Position numbers and translations under genes: made by a program
The notes under the pieces: generated by a model
Database searches by the model: none
The model's input: only the letters and a program-made list of their open reading frames with translations
What the model was told of the DNA's origin: nothing
Assembly (NCBI GenBank): GCA_004764695.1
Contig: SMSO01000008.1
Span: 62,001-126,000, forward strand
Length of the DNA stretch: 64,000 nt
Reading direction: 5' to 3'
DNA from: Schizochytrium sp. TIO01
Taxonomy: Eukaryota > Protista > Bigyra: Labyrinthulomycetes
Part shown: one piece after another, positions 47,601 to 56,745 of the stretch
How positions within the stretch are numbered: the first letter of the stretch is position 1
Layout of the letters: each line of letters opens with the position of its first letter

Positions 47601-49640
47601 AGGCCTCACGACAGTTTCGTTTTCCAGCCTTTCAACCTGCTGGGCCAGCATGCTGCTCCTCGCGGGGTCTGTGTCTGGCACCAAAAAGCTGTTGTTCTTC
47701 GAGGCGTGGAAGGTGAAGGAGCGCTTGCTGCCGCACTTGAAGCAGTAGAGCTCGAGGTCCATGGATGCAGTGAGGGTCAGTTTGTGCATGTTCGTGTTAT
47801 TCTCACTCTGGCAGAACAAACAGAAACGAAAGCCGGTTTCTACGCAGTAGAAACGCACGATGGCGCACATGCCCACGCCTCCCTCGAGCCCGTGGAAAGC
47901 AACATTCGGCGCGTAGTCCACTTTACCGTCGGCCTTGACCGCTTCCAGGATCCCCTTGAGGCTCCGGAGAAGATAGTTGCGCAGGTACCTAGCTTTGTTC
48001 AGACGAACAAAGTTGCCTGCGACCACGCGGGCCAGCATGAGGTTCTCCAGGTTCCCCACACCCTGCATATTGTCCTCGTCAACTCCGGTGTGCTCGTTTC
48101 GCAACTGGAAGAGGGCCTGCCAGATGTGCGCCTTCTGCGGGTCGCCGCGGCCCCCGTTCGACTCCCAGACCAATGCGTTCATATTTTTAATGATTCGTCT
48201 GGCCGGCGGGCAGTAGCCGATCTCGTTTACATTATTGCAGCATTTGCGAATGTACTCAAACCCGGTTTTCTTCGCTTCGTCGGGCACCTTGATCACGCGC
48301 GGGTTTGAACAGAGCTGCGGGTAAAAATGCACTACGCTGTGGTGCCAGGGGCGTTGCAAGTCACCCGACCGGACGGGCTTGAGAAAGCGGAGGTAATCCT
48401 TGGCCTTGGCGCCCTGCAGCTTCTGCCGCACCACTTGGAAGCCATCATCAGCCTTGGCGCACCCTGGAAGACGGAACTCGCGTTTACCTTTCGAGTAAAT
48501 CACAACGTCCATCAGGCAGCCCAGCTTGAAGATACTCCAAGGATTAGAAGCAGAAGCAGCAGAAGAAGAAGCAGAAGTAGCAGTAGCAGAAGCAGGATTA
48601 TTGATCCTCTTGTACTTGCGGAAGTGGAAGCACCGCCGGAAGGTCTCAAGGTGGCCGTGGCAGATCCCTGAAGTCTCAGCGGGAACGGCGATTTCTCTGG
48701 TCACGATCTTGAGCATCATAGCAGTAATCACCGCGGCGGCCTGTCGCAGGACCTCGCGGTTGGGGAAGCCCGCCTCGCACCCCACAATGGCGTGAAAGGA
48801 GATCTTGGGCTCCTTCGCATAGTACTGGGGCCGGTTGCTCTCCAGGATGAGGAAATCGTCTGCGGCCAGCTGCAGAGGGGCTCCGTCTCGATCAGTCATC
48901 GTCTCGTTCATGATCATCACGGCAAGGCGGCAGAGCGTGGTGACAGAAATGCGAATATCCTCGTAGCTAAGTGGCAGGTCATCCCTCAGAGAGCGCACGC
49001 GCATGTCCTCTGAATCAACGTCTACGTCAATATCAAAGTGCATCTTGCACGCTTCGTAAGACTGGATGATCTCATTGTAGTTCCGCAGAAAGGGCGGCGT
49101 GCTGGCTACAACCAGGCAAAGGTCGCGCGGGCCCAGCAGCGGCATGAAGCGGTGCGCAACGTGGTTCCCTATAAATCCGTTCACCGCAAGGAAAAGCACG
49201 TGCGTGTCTCTGCGCGCGTCATACTCTTCTTCGCCGTAAGCGGAGTGCAGCTTGTAGTACCGCCGGAGCTCCGCAAGTTTGGTCTTGACCCTGGAAATAA
49301 GCGTGGCGTCTGTATCTGCGAGACCTCTGTCGCTGTCTTCCACCGGGAAACGCGCCAAAATCATCGACAGGTCCCCCTGCTCGCTCATCTTGCCGGGCAG
49401 GGACCGCAGGCGCGCGTCGTTCATCGAGTCGAAGGAACTCACAAGCTCGCGAAGGGCGTACACAGAAGCATTCTGGCGCCGCTTGAGCTTAGGAAGGGGC
49501 CACGAAACCAGCGTGCTATCGCAAGCCCTTTCCATATCGCTAAAACCAAAGGCCTGGTCAATGGAAATGCTCTTGATCGCATCATTGATCCGAAGAGCGC
49601 GGTCAATGCGCCTTTGCTCACGCTCAGCCTCAGTGATCAT
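44637..49640 (-). CDS. AEP (PrimPol/UL52-like) primase + Zn finger + UL9/origin-binding-protein-like SF2 helicase fusion
   Basis: AEP motifs KMHFDID, KISFH, MDVVIYSKGKREFRLPGCAK. Zn finger CLFC...H...CFKC. Helicase motifs SMGTGKT, SFRRML, QLDSL, LDEF, SDAD, GAGLD, QLLARVR. Start given as GTG/TTG-class by the track is uncertain. Confidence 0.92.
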   Translation of the reverse strand: MITEAEREQRRIDRALRINDAIKSISIDQAFGFSDMERACDSTLVSWPLPKLKRRQNASVYALRELVSSFDSMNDARLRSLPGKMSEQGDLSMILARFPVEDSDRGLADTDATLISRVKTKLAELRRYYKLHSAYGEEEYDARRDTHVLFLAVNGFIGNHVAHRFMPLLGPRDLCLVVASTPPFLRNYNEIIQSYEACKMHFDIDVDVDSEDMRVRSLRDDLPLSYEDIRISVTTLCRLAVMIMNETMTDRDGAPLQLAADDFLILESNRPQYYAKEPKISFHAIVGCEAGFPNREVLRQAAAVITAMMLKIVTREIAVPAETSGICHGHLETFRRCFHFRKYKRINNPASATATSASSSAASASNPWSIFKLGCLMDVVIYSKGKREFRLPGCAKADDGFQVVRQKLQGAKAKDYLRFLKPVRSGDLQRPWHHSVVHFYPQLCSNPRVIKVPDEAKKTGFEYIRKCCNNVNEIGYCPPARRIIKNMNALVWESNGGRGDPQKAHIWQALFQLRNEHTGVDEDNMQGVGNLENLMLARVVAGNFVRLNKARYLRNYLLRSLKGILEAVKADGKVDYAPNVAFHGLEGGVGMCAIVRFYCVETGFRFCLFCQSENNTNMHKLTLTASMDLELYCFKCGSKRSFTFHASKNNSFLVPDTDPARSSMLAQQVERLENETVVRPAQMPVSKVAMGIGALRKFAPYHHIYRLEPLEERRFHDIADLSQIFGPQRRGGEPTSPLLGPSTLVLWSSMGTGKTELIAKVIEELPEEASVLSISFRRMLAAALASRLGLVNYRKDGRIDRAALTEPRLSIQLDSLRHIFTPEAVVLEDGTVERAMIGRLEYDVVVLDEFTSLMSHVVSETLSEHREVTLYIMIELIRKAKVVIFSDADMDDTAAQWIESLRPPRQQNYFRVHINRLSPYMRVYCLMPYMCQWFQRAETVLREGKNLFIVCPGKHQCRALEAWFVEFVHVRLGFQDVSDVYAVKAITGDDTEKTKESMVDTKSWENYRVLIVNSVLGAGLDYSANHFEETMVFIGSQEVTPRNVMQLLARVRAPRSGRVSIYLHTNITVHETDGLGSVEMVEINSGGFGIPECEAPPPLPRGAKTTRNYAGSMTSFVLERVRYQKRLSNADYLRTFLMQILSNYIDPRQARMFVQTDTDSSYDREVSTQFRFGRYMNITEHSRSSEVAGYLEHVREHPEDDTIISRGYKTSLELARYFYKGLNDPDAAEELLRHTEQLGGMRKIQMLANLLLSTKEDLQLKANEASIPTNPVEYLQRGQELEGVQIWHENYDQVKKKRRVLIDYLEVLGSPPEAFREIEQDEEAAGTEEDPILQQQEPPQPPQQQEQQEQQENYDDDFFTQQEELFTQQPSQEEEEEEEEQIAMAALELDEGGNAAGAVGAAAIPAVPLPHHHVISKAINLDKVEVHSCPKERSDVAVFHLHRLCEEFDLVFKEVVKADPENPWKLAVTRRVLREVLGVPLSKQQAGVCTQHPGCKVATFDVPSRTIAKLLMGSLVERERAERLEKGRLSIYHKASEIVNQWIAEDAKCTPFLNLHGGQQEIQEVLSDLRGLCEEQKSKNRFFANTYKGSIKKKVEERKNMWDLAIPTLFEPVTHTAGGQDGFSYVQRQSKVMQGYIDAQKSNLIHVFSTRIDEFRGLAPDNDDDSH

Positions 49641-50334
49641 CAGGAGGGGAGTTTTTTTTTCTTCTTGTTGTTTGTTTTTTTCTTCAATAAAATTTAGTCT
49701 TCCTCTTATAATGTATTACCTTGTTTGAACGACTCAAGCTTTTTTGATCATCCAACTCAATCTTGATTTTAGTCTTGCTTCTTGTTTTTTTAAATTTCGC
49801 AATGGCTTCTTGCGTGTAAATCCAAAGGCAAAATCTAACCACGAATCGACCTTTGTTGAAATATGCCTATATAGGAGGGCTCCTCTCTAACCGTCTAACC
49901 TGACGAGGTCTTCCAACAACTGGAATTATTGTACTTCCATTTGTACCAATTTTTGTAAGTTTGAAATTGCGGTTTGTTAAGGGAAATTGTAGTTTATGAT
50001 AGTTGTACCATAGTCCTAGGTAAGATTCCTTTAAATATACACCACCCCGCAAAACTTTGTACTTCCATTTGCTCCAAGGGTCTGGAGCTTTTGGTAGACC
50101 AGATCGACCAAACAGTTTGCCATAGTTTTTGCGCGGCCAGGAACAGAGCTCTTCATGAAGAGCGATTCAGAAAAACGAGAAGGAAATCGGATAACTCCAG
50201 ACTTTTTGATCTTTTGGGCTTCTCCAGATCCCAAACCAGAAATCCAGAGCTCTTTAGCATCACATTTTCCTTTCAAGATACTTTCACGAGTTCTCGCATC
50301 CAGACATAAGAAAGAAATAGTACGTATAGAAACA

Positions 50335-51270
50335 ATGAGCGGAGATAAGCAAGAAGTTCAAGACATTGAGCAAGTGCAGCAGGTTTACTCCAAGTATGGA
50401 AACCTCTCTCCTGCCATGAGGCGCCTAGTGCTCAACGATCCCATGGTGAAGAACGCTTCGCCACACCTGCTGGATATCTGGCACTACACCAATCGCTTCA
50501 TCGGAGCGGCAGGTTTCGTCTACCACGCAGCCCAAGTAGCACGCATGTGCGGACTGGCCTATACTACTAAGTTTGATCGCGCAGTATTCCGCAGTCGCTA
50601 CCTTGAAGTTTACGGTGAGAAGGAGGTAGACTGGGATTATGTCAAGAAATCGGAGATTTTTAAACCCCCCATCGGTGAAAAATCCAGACTCGGTAACTTT
50701 GAAAACTCCATAGTACTAACAGTGCCTGGGTCCACCACCGGAGAGACTGTGACAATTTCCCCGGGTACCAATTTGACCAAGTTTCCTATGCTAACCGAGA
50801 AGTTCGCTCGCCGCCTGATCCTTTCTTCAAATGGACAAATTGGGCGCCTCTATCGCGAGTTTATGATCGTCTTCTGGTCTGCCATTGCTATGATCAGAGA
50901 AGAGCCCATGACTGTAGCAAAGGTCATCCAAGATGCAGATGAAGAAATTGAGGAAATCATTCAGGATACCGTGCTCGAGCCCATTCCGGTGAACAAACAC
51001 AATGAAATTCGCGATAAAATCGCAGATAGATACAATGGAAAAATTGAAAGTGTTAACGATGCAGGCATTGTAGACGTAGAAACGAAAGACGAAGTCATCG
51101 AAGTGAAGCCCGTGGAAGATTGGTCTCATGGGATTGGGCAGGTATTTGGTTACGGAGAAGCAACAGGAAAGAGAAAGCGTTTGGTGCTTTTCGGTGAGAA
51201 AGAGCCCAATCCCATTTGTAAAAAGGTGTGCGACAAATTGGGAATCTCCCTTGAAATTCTTAAAGAGTAA
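50335..51270 (+). CDS. Putative DNA-binding N-terminal domain + C-terminal PD-(D/E)XK nuclease-like domain
   Basis: ATG 50335 aligns with the paralog start at 51472. C-terminus GIVDVETKDEVIEVK...WSHGIGQVFGY resembles the domain found behind KilA-N in giant viruses. Confidence 0.8.
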   Translation: MSGDKQEVQDIEQVQQVYSKYGNLSPAMRRLVLNDPMVKNASPHLLDIWHYTNRFIGAAGFVYHAAQVARMCGLAYTTKFDRAVFRSRYLEVYGEKEVDWDYVKKSEIFKPPIGEKSRLGNFENSIVLTVPGSTTGETVTISPGTNLTKFPMLTEKFARRLILSSNGQIGRLYREFMIVFWSAIAMIREEPMTVAKVIQDADEEIEEIIQDTVLEPIPVNKHNEIRDKIADRYNGKIESVNDAGIVDVETKDEVIEVKPVEDWSHGIGQVFGYGEATGKRKRLVLFGEKEPNPICKKVCDKLGISLEILKE

Positions 51271-51471
51271 AATCAATTAAAAAGAAATTTAAAAGAAAAG
51301 AAGAATAAATCCATCTGAGTTTTTTCTCCTCCTGATCTCAAGTCAGAAAATCAGGAATCCTTTGCCATTTTTTTCTTTTAAAGCATCTTTAAAAAGTTTT
51401 TTTGTCTTTTGAGAAAACAAAGAAAACGAGAAGAAGAAAGAAAACAATACGTACGTACTTAGCTAAGAACA

Positions 51472-52622
51472 ATGAGCGGAGTTCAAGACATTGAGCAAGT
51501 GCAGCAGGTGTATACAAAGTATGCAAACCTCACTGAGGCCATGCAGCGCTTAGTACTCAATGACCCCACGGTGAAGAACGCTTCGGCGCGCCTGCTGGAC
51601 ATCTGGCACTACACCAATCGCTTCATCGGAGCGACAGGCTTTGTCTACCACGCAGCCCAAGTAGCACGCATGTGCGGACTGGCATACAATGTTAATCATG
51701 ATCGCGTTCACTTCAAAGAGAGGTACCTCGAAGTTTATGGCGTGAAAGAGGTAGATTGGAAGTTTGTCAAGAAGTCGGAGGTTTTTTCGGACCCTTTCGG
51801 TGAAAACTCTAAAATGCCAATGCTGGTACTATTGAAAACTCTATAGTATTACCAGTGCCCGGGTCGACCACCGGCGAAACTGTGACAATTTCTCCGGGAG
51901 GGAATGCGGCGAAGTTCCCCATGCTTACTGAGAAGTTCGCTCGCCGCTTGATTTTGCGTTGCGGTCAGAAAGGCTTAGATAAGGACTATGCTGAGTTCCT
52001 CCTTGCCATGAATGATATTGTGGTGAAGGTTGCTACTGGTCAGTACGTGCAATCCGAAGAAGAGCAGGATCAGCAGCCTCGGGGTACCAAGCGACCTGCT
52101 ACCTGGCAGGAGGAACTGGAGTACCAGGAGCGTATGGAGGAGCTCAAATTAAAGAAAGCTCGTCGAGATGCCGAAGAAGCCCAGTTGAGGCAGATTCAGG
52201 CGGAGAATTTCTTCAAAATGATGGCTGCCTATGGAGGTGACGAGTCTGACCGCGACAAGATCCACCGCATGGATTACCAACGCAATATCGTTTTCTCCAT
52301 TGGTGATTCCTTGCTTCAGGATATCAGGGGAGGTCACTCACAAATGCAGAGTGGCCAGCCTGTGCACACCATTATGGACGCCGAGCCTGCACAAAGAGAA
52401 ATTACCATTTCCGAAGTTGCTTTGCGATTGCTGGGACGCCCTGCACGCGACAAGGAACTTCCCAAGTTTGGAATGGCTGTGAGCAAACTCTATTTTGCTA
52501 AGTACGGCACCAAGCCTCCCAAGCGCAACCAGTTCGTGGATGGTGCACCTCGCCAAGACAATTCTTATACTACTAAGGACCTTGACCTTCTTGAGCAAGG
52601 CATCCATCAGTGTATCCAATAA
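51472..52622 (+). pseudogene. Frameshifted paralog of 50335..51270 with a different, antirepressor-like C-terminal domain
   Basis: Same N-domain. Adding one base at ~51811-51814 (tctaaaatgcc) restores ENSIVLPVPGSTTGETVTISPG. C-terminus TISEV...FG..VSKLY...YG..PPK...NSYT.KD.DL. Confidence 0.8.
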
Positions 52623-52624
52623 AA

Positions 52625-52638
52625 CTCTACTAGTAGAG
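52625..52638. terminator. Perfect 14-bp palindrome just after a stop codon
   Basis: CTCTACTAGTAGAG. A 3'-end-formation role is inferred by analogy to the mimivirus hairpin rule. Confidence 0.3.
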
Positions 52639-52903
52639 AAATCGATGGAAAATTTCTAAACACTCAAATCAAACGAAAATGTAGTACCTCTAGATCTTCC
52701 TGCACACAAAATTGAATTGGAGGAGAGTGATCAGTCATCCATGCGTCATCAAAATCCTCTTTCCACCTTCGGTTTTTCGTAGGTACCCTTTTATTTAGTT
52801 CCTCATTCCTCCCAAAAGCAGACGGTCACCGCTGACTAAGAAAGCTTAAAATCTCTTTTATAGATACGAAGGTGAGAGTGTGAAAGAAGAGGAGGGAGAG
52901 AAA

Positions 52904-54337
52904 ATGGGAAAGGGCAAACGCCGCCAAAGCCGCAAACGCGGTGACGACAGTGCGACGACGAACGAGGGCGCGACGGGAGCCAAAGCGTCAGGCAGTCGCA
53001 GGGGTGTGCCGTTCCGGAGGGTCGGTATTGGGCGTTTAGATCCCGTCCCTGAGAATAACGCGATGGAGAATCAAGGCGCTTTGGACGATGCCGAGAGCAG
53101 GCGCCGCACAGCCCAACGAGTATATGATGATACGATCAATGAGCTCGAACGAATAAAGGAGAAGATCAAGCAACTCGAAGAGGCGGTCGATGAGGGCAAC
53201 GAACAGGAGCTTTTTGACCAACTGCCTGAATTTTATAAACGCCGTTTTGGAAATGTTGATGGTTACTACGACTATTTACTTGAGGAACTAGCGAATCTCA
53301 GACGTGAAAGAGAAGTTCAAGGCGAAGTATTGAAGACGGCTACTCAGGAGGTCCAAGACCTTAGGGCAGCACTCAGACTGATCACACACGGTGATAAGCG
53401 CTATTTTGAGGTCACTGGTTGGATCGACGGATCAAAGTATAGTACTGGCGTTCGTCAGAGCGTCTACTATGCCGCAGCTGATACAGGTGGAATGTACCTC
53501 ACCTCGGTCGATGAAGAGCCTCACGATGCTCATCGAAATGCTATATACTATAATGGAGAAGACCTCAATTTTCAGCTTTTCTTTTGTGACGAAAAGGCGG
53601 CCAGAGAATTTACAGTCTTGATTTCCAACGGCCGGAGTCAGCGAGTGAACACGAAGATATCTAATTCGGAAAGTATATCCAACGAAGACCTCCGTAACAT
53701 TCTTTACGACGATTATGATACTACGGATGAACCAGACTCGCCTGGCATCTCCCACGCATCTTCAATCTCTAGCAAGACTTTGGCCGACTTGTCGAGTAAC
53801 CTGGCCAAATTTCAATCCATTGAACGTTCTGATTTAGTGGCGCGTGGTAAAGCACAAATCTGTCACCTTGTGGATAAGAGTCACGTTGGAAGCATCGAAG
53901 GTTTCTCTGATGATGACAACAATAAGCTATGCTTAACCCCGACTCTTCACGCGAAGTTCGATGGGAATCGGAACAGGCACGGGTATTCATCCCCCCCTGA
54001 CATACTGATCGAGCACGTTGTTGCGCCGCGAGAGGGCCTCATTGTTACCGCTCCGGGGTTAATTGAAAACCCTGGATTCACCGATGACCAACTACAGGAA
54101 CGCGCTTTGGTCTGGCTCAAAGTGAACTTTCCTTACAAAGAAGACTTCATTCTTTTTGGGAATCTACTCAAATTTGGTAGCATCGTTGATCCTGAGGAGG
54201 ACCTAGAGTTGCGGTGTTGGGTTGTCTATACTTTTGTCCACGTTCTTGATAAAGATCAGTTTATAAAGAATATTGATTGGAAAGCAGAACGCACGAAGCA
54301 AGTATGGGAGGAACTGAGTTTTAATCAAAGCAATTAA
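52904..54337 (+). CDS. Crinkler-like HNH nuclease effector with coiled-coil header; paralog of 33779..35119
   Basis: FQSIE...KAQICHLVDK...DDNNKLCLTPTLHAKFDG...YTFVHVLD...WKAE; header FDQLPEFYKRRFG..DGYYDYL; ATG at 52904. Confidence 0.8.
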   Translation: MGKGKRRQSRKRGDDSATTNEGATGAKASGSRRGVPFRRVGIGRLDPVPENNAMENQGALDDAESRRRTAQRVYDDTINELERIKEKIKQLEEAVDEGNEQELFDQLPEFYKRRFGNVDGYYDYLLEELANLRREREVQGEVLKTATQEVQDLRAALRLITHGDKRYFEVTGWIDGSKYSTGVRQSVYYAAADTGGMYLTSVDEEPHDAHRNAIYYNGEDLNFQLFFCDEKAAREFTVLISNGRSQRVNTKISNSESISNEDLRNILYDDYDTTDEPDSPGISHASSISSKTLADLSSNLAKFQSIERSDLVARGKAQICHLVDKSHVGSIEGFSDDDNNKLCLTPTLHAKFDGNRNRHGYSSPPDILIEHVVAPREGLIVTAPGLIENPGFTDDQLQERALVWLKVNFPYKEDFILFGNLLKFGSIVDPEEDLELRCWVVYTFVHVLDKDQFIKNIDWKAERTKQVWEELSFNQSN

Positions 54338-54749
54338 CCGTCTGAACTTAAAAAAATAAAAACAAATTACCACTAAGGCGGAATGTCTCCGGGTCGTCTA
54401 TATTCTCAGCCAGTTTTGCAGACAGTCCGCTTCGCCAAGTCAATTCTTATACTACTAAGGACCTTGACCTTCTTGAGCAAGGCATTCATCAGTGTATGTA
54501 GATAAAGAAGAAAAACAAAATCCTATTTTTCCCTTACGTTCTTTTTATGATTTATCCCTTTTCCGCTATTGAAAACACCGTACTAGGATCAATTAAGCAA
54601 AATAACTCCTCAACTACACCGTAAATTTTTTTATCGACCCAAATTTACACGTTGCTCAATTCATAGCAACTCTGTGGTGGTGTCTAGATTGTGAGTTTTG
54701 GAAGAAATACACCTTGTTTTTAGCTTGCCACCCAGCCCTATAGTTTTCC

Positions 54750-55208
54750 CTATTGCTGCCAGCTCTCTAGCTGCCACAGGTAGTCACTTTTCATAGAAGT
54801 AGGGATTGTAGATGAGCGCGAATAAAGTTGAATTTTTTTCGTACTTTGGTCTACGCCGACATAAGCACCGGTCTGGCAGAGAGAGTGCGCGCAGTCACCG
54901 TCTGCAAGCCACAGATAAGCTTTCAAGGTATCCTGGTACTCGAAGCGAAACTGGTCCAAAGCGCCGCCCGTCGCGCTTTGTTCAGGCAAAAAACTAAGCT
55001 GTTCTGAAGTAGTATCAACAAATCCTGTCACACCGAGATTAGTTGCTGATCGAATTGCCACAGCTCGCTTTGCGCCCTGCCTTCCTGGAATGTCTTCAAA
55101 TACGAATCGACCTGTCGTCGAGCCGTCGATCACAAGTGTCTCTGAAGATCCATTGAGACCGGCCCTTGCGTCCAGAGCGACTGAGCGGAGTCTCGCAAAT
55201 GATTTCAT
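54750..55208 (-). CDS. Beta-rich hypothetical protein (possibly beta-trefoil/fascin-like)
   Basis: 152 aa of short strands (RFVFE, VAIRS, QFRFE, YLWQL); may join the TM-bearing ORF 55096..55377. Confidence 0.65.
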   Translation of the reverse strand: MKSFARLRSVALDARAGLNGSSETLVIDGSTTGRFVFEDIPGRQGAKRAVAIRSATNLGVTGFVDTTSEQLSFLPEQSATGGALDQFRFEYQDTLKAYLWLADGDCAHSLCQTGAYVGVDQSTKKIQLYSRSSTIPTSMKSDYLWQLESWQQ

Positions 55209-55377
55209 TGTTTACTTTGCAAGGCCCTGAGTGGTTGCGAGTCGCAGCTGCTTGAAACACGAGTTCCTTTTCTTTGAGGAAAATGACCAGCGCACAAACG
55301 AATGTAAGCATGGAGACTCCCAGAGTCAGTACCTCTGCATGGGGCACCGTTCGCAAGGAGAAGAGGTCACTCTTCAT
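55096..55377 (-). CDS. Short TM-containing ORF, possibly the N-terminus of 54750..55208
   Basis: ATG after an A-rich leader; TM VLTLGVSMLTFVCALVIFL; overlaps the next ORF by 113 bp. Confidence 0.45.
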   Translation of the reverse strand: MKSDLFSLRTVPHAEVLTLGVSMLTFVCALVIFLKEKELVFQAAATRNHSGPCKVNNEIICETPLSRSGRKGRSQWIFRDTCDRRLDDRSIRI

Positions 55378-55483
55378 TTTTCTTCTTCTTCGTCGTTTTT
55401 GTGTTAATTAATTCTCCCTTTGTTTGTTTTACAGTTTCTGTTATTACACTAATTATATTAAAAACAAAACTTTGTGTATTTAT

Positions 55484-56575
55484 TTATTCAACAGAGGATG
55501 GTTCTTGTGAATCGATTGTTGGGTCGGCCTGGACAGCAGCAGCGATCTCGCGTGCTTTGTGTTGTTTTCGAGCTTTCCTGAGTAGAATTATTGCAGAGAT
55601 TAAGAGCAAGGGGCAGAGACAGAGGCATAGGATTGACGCTACTTTCTTTGAATTTACTGTCGGACTGCCTGCACTTGTCCCTCCGAAGTCGTAAGCCCTG
55701 AGAGACCCTGAGATATGCTCAATGTACCAAATGTTATTGGCTACTGTTGTTGTACCAATATAAAGATCGTCACTCTTTTCAGTGCTTCGGAAAATTTGCA
55801 TTCCATTGCTTTGCTGATACATACTGAAGCCGCCAAGCGTGGTGATTCCTGAAGAACTAGGCGCGCCAGGGTAATTTACACCAGAAGAATACACAAACCT
55901 AATATTTCCAGCAGATTGGGGGGAACTGAAAATGTATGCACCCGTCCTTGGCTGTTTGTAAATCGATCCGACATTGAAAGTAGCCCCGCTAACCTTATTC
56001 ACCAACATAAAGACATCCTTATTCGAACTTGTATCAGTGGTACCCTCAAAATGCCAAAGCTCCTCGTCTTTCGGTGTTGTCAGGCTCCCTGACATGGTGG
56101 TGTATTTTGATCCGTCGTAAGCAAAATACATGTTTCTCCCACTGCCTGCGTAGGTAACATCTCTCAGTCTGTAATAAGCGGTAGTGCAGAAGGAGACCGA
56201 TGTGTTTGGCTGTTGAATACAATCAGGTGAAGGCGCAGCTGTGGGCTTCGGCGTCGTCGTAGTAGTTGAAGTACTAGAAGTTACAGTGGATTGGGTGTTC
56301 CCTGATTGCGTGGTTGGCGATACGGTGTTTCCTGATTGAGTGGCCGGTGCAGTAGTAGACGAAGAAGAGTCAGAAGGCGCGGAAGAGGCGGAATCAACAG
56401 AGGATGTGGTTGCTGTTGCTGTCGCTGTCGCTGTTGCTGTTGGTGAGTCGCTCACAGTACCACCAGTACTACTACTTCCATTTGACTGCTTCAATGAGAG
56501 ACCTCCATATACACCGAAGGAAACACTGAGAATCAAACAAAGTATACCAGCGGAAGATAAAACTTTTACGCCCAT
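55484..56575 (-). CDS. Double-anchored membrane protein; paralog of 27386..28441
   Basis: Same architecture and motifs (TATATAT, PSPDC, CTTAYYRLRD.TY, WYIEHISG.LRA). Confidence 0.85.
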   Translation of the reverse strand: MGVKVLSSAGILCLILSVSFGVYGGLSLKQSNGSSSTGGTVSDSPTATATATATATTSSVDSASSAPSDSSSSTTAPATQSGNTVSPTTQSGNTQSTVTSSTSTTTTTPKPTAAPSPDCIQQPNTSVSFCTTAYYRLRDVTYAGSGRNMYFAYDGSKYTTMSGSLTTPKDEELWHFEGTTDTSSNKDVFMLVNKVSGATFNVGSIYKQPRTGAYIFSSPQSAGNIRFVYSSGVNYPGAPSSSGITTLGGFSMYQQSNGMQIFRSTEKSDDLYIGTTTVANNIWYIEHISGSLRAYDFGGTSAGSPTVNSKKVASILCLCLCPLLLISAIILLRKARKQHKAREIAAAVQADPTIDSQEPSSVE

Positions 56576-56745
56576 ATTCTTAAATGGATTTGATTTTTTT
56601 TAATTTTACCTTTTCAATTAAATCCCAAAATAATTTGATATGAAGAGAAGAAAAGGGAGGTATTTATATTTTATACTTAAAGTTTTAAAAGGAAACTGAG
56701 AAATAAAAGAGAGAAAAAGGGGTTCTGCTTGTTCTTGTTCTTCTA

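Larger units (their letters stand above)
52550..54497 (+). mobile_element. 1882-bp-period cassette carrying a Crinkler-like HNH gene, flanked by 66-bp direct repeats
   Basis: 52550-52615 and 54432-54497 match at 64/66 positions and encode the C-terminus of the upstream gene. Confidence 0.7.

Noticed and set aside
44800-49728. Long plus-strand ORFs opposite the primase-helicase
   Set aside because: Antisense shadows produced by GC-rich codon usage.
50155-50334. N-terminal extension of ORF 50155..51270
   Set aside because: The homologous DNA before the paralog is non-coding, so the start at 50335 is preferred.
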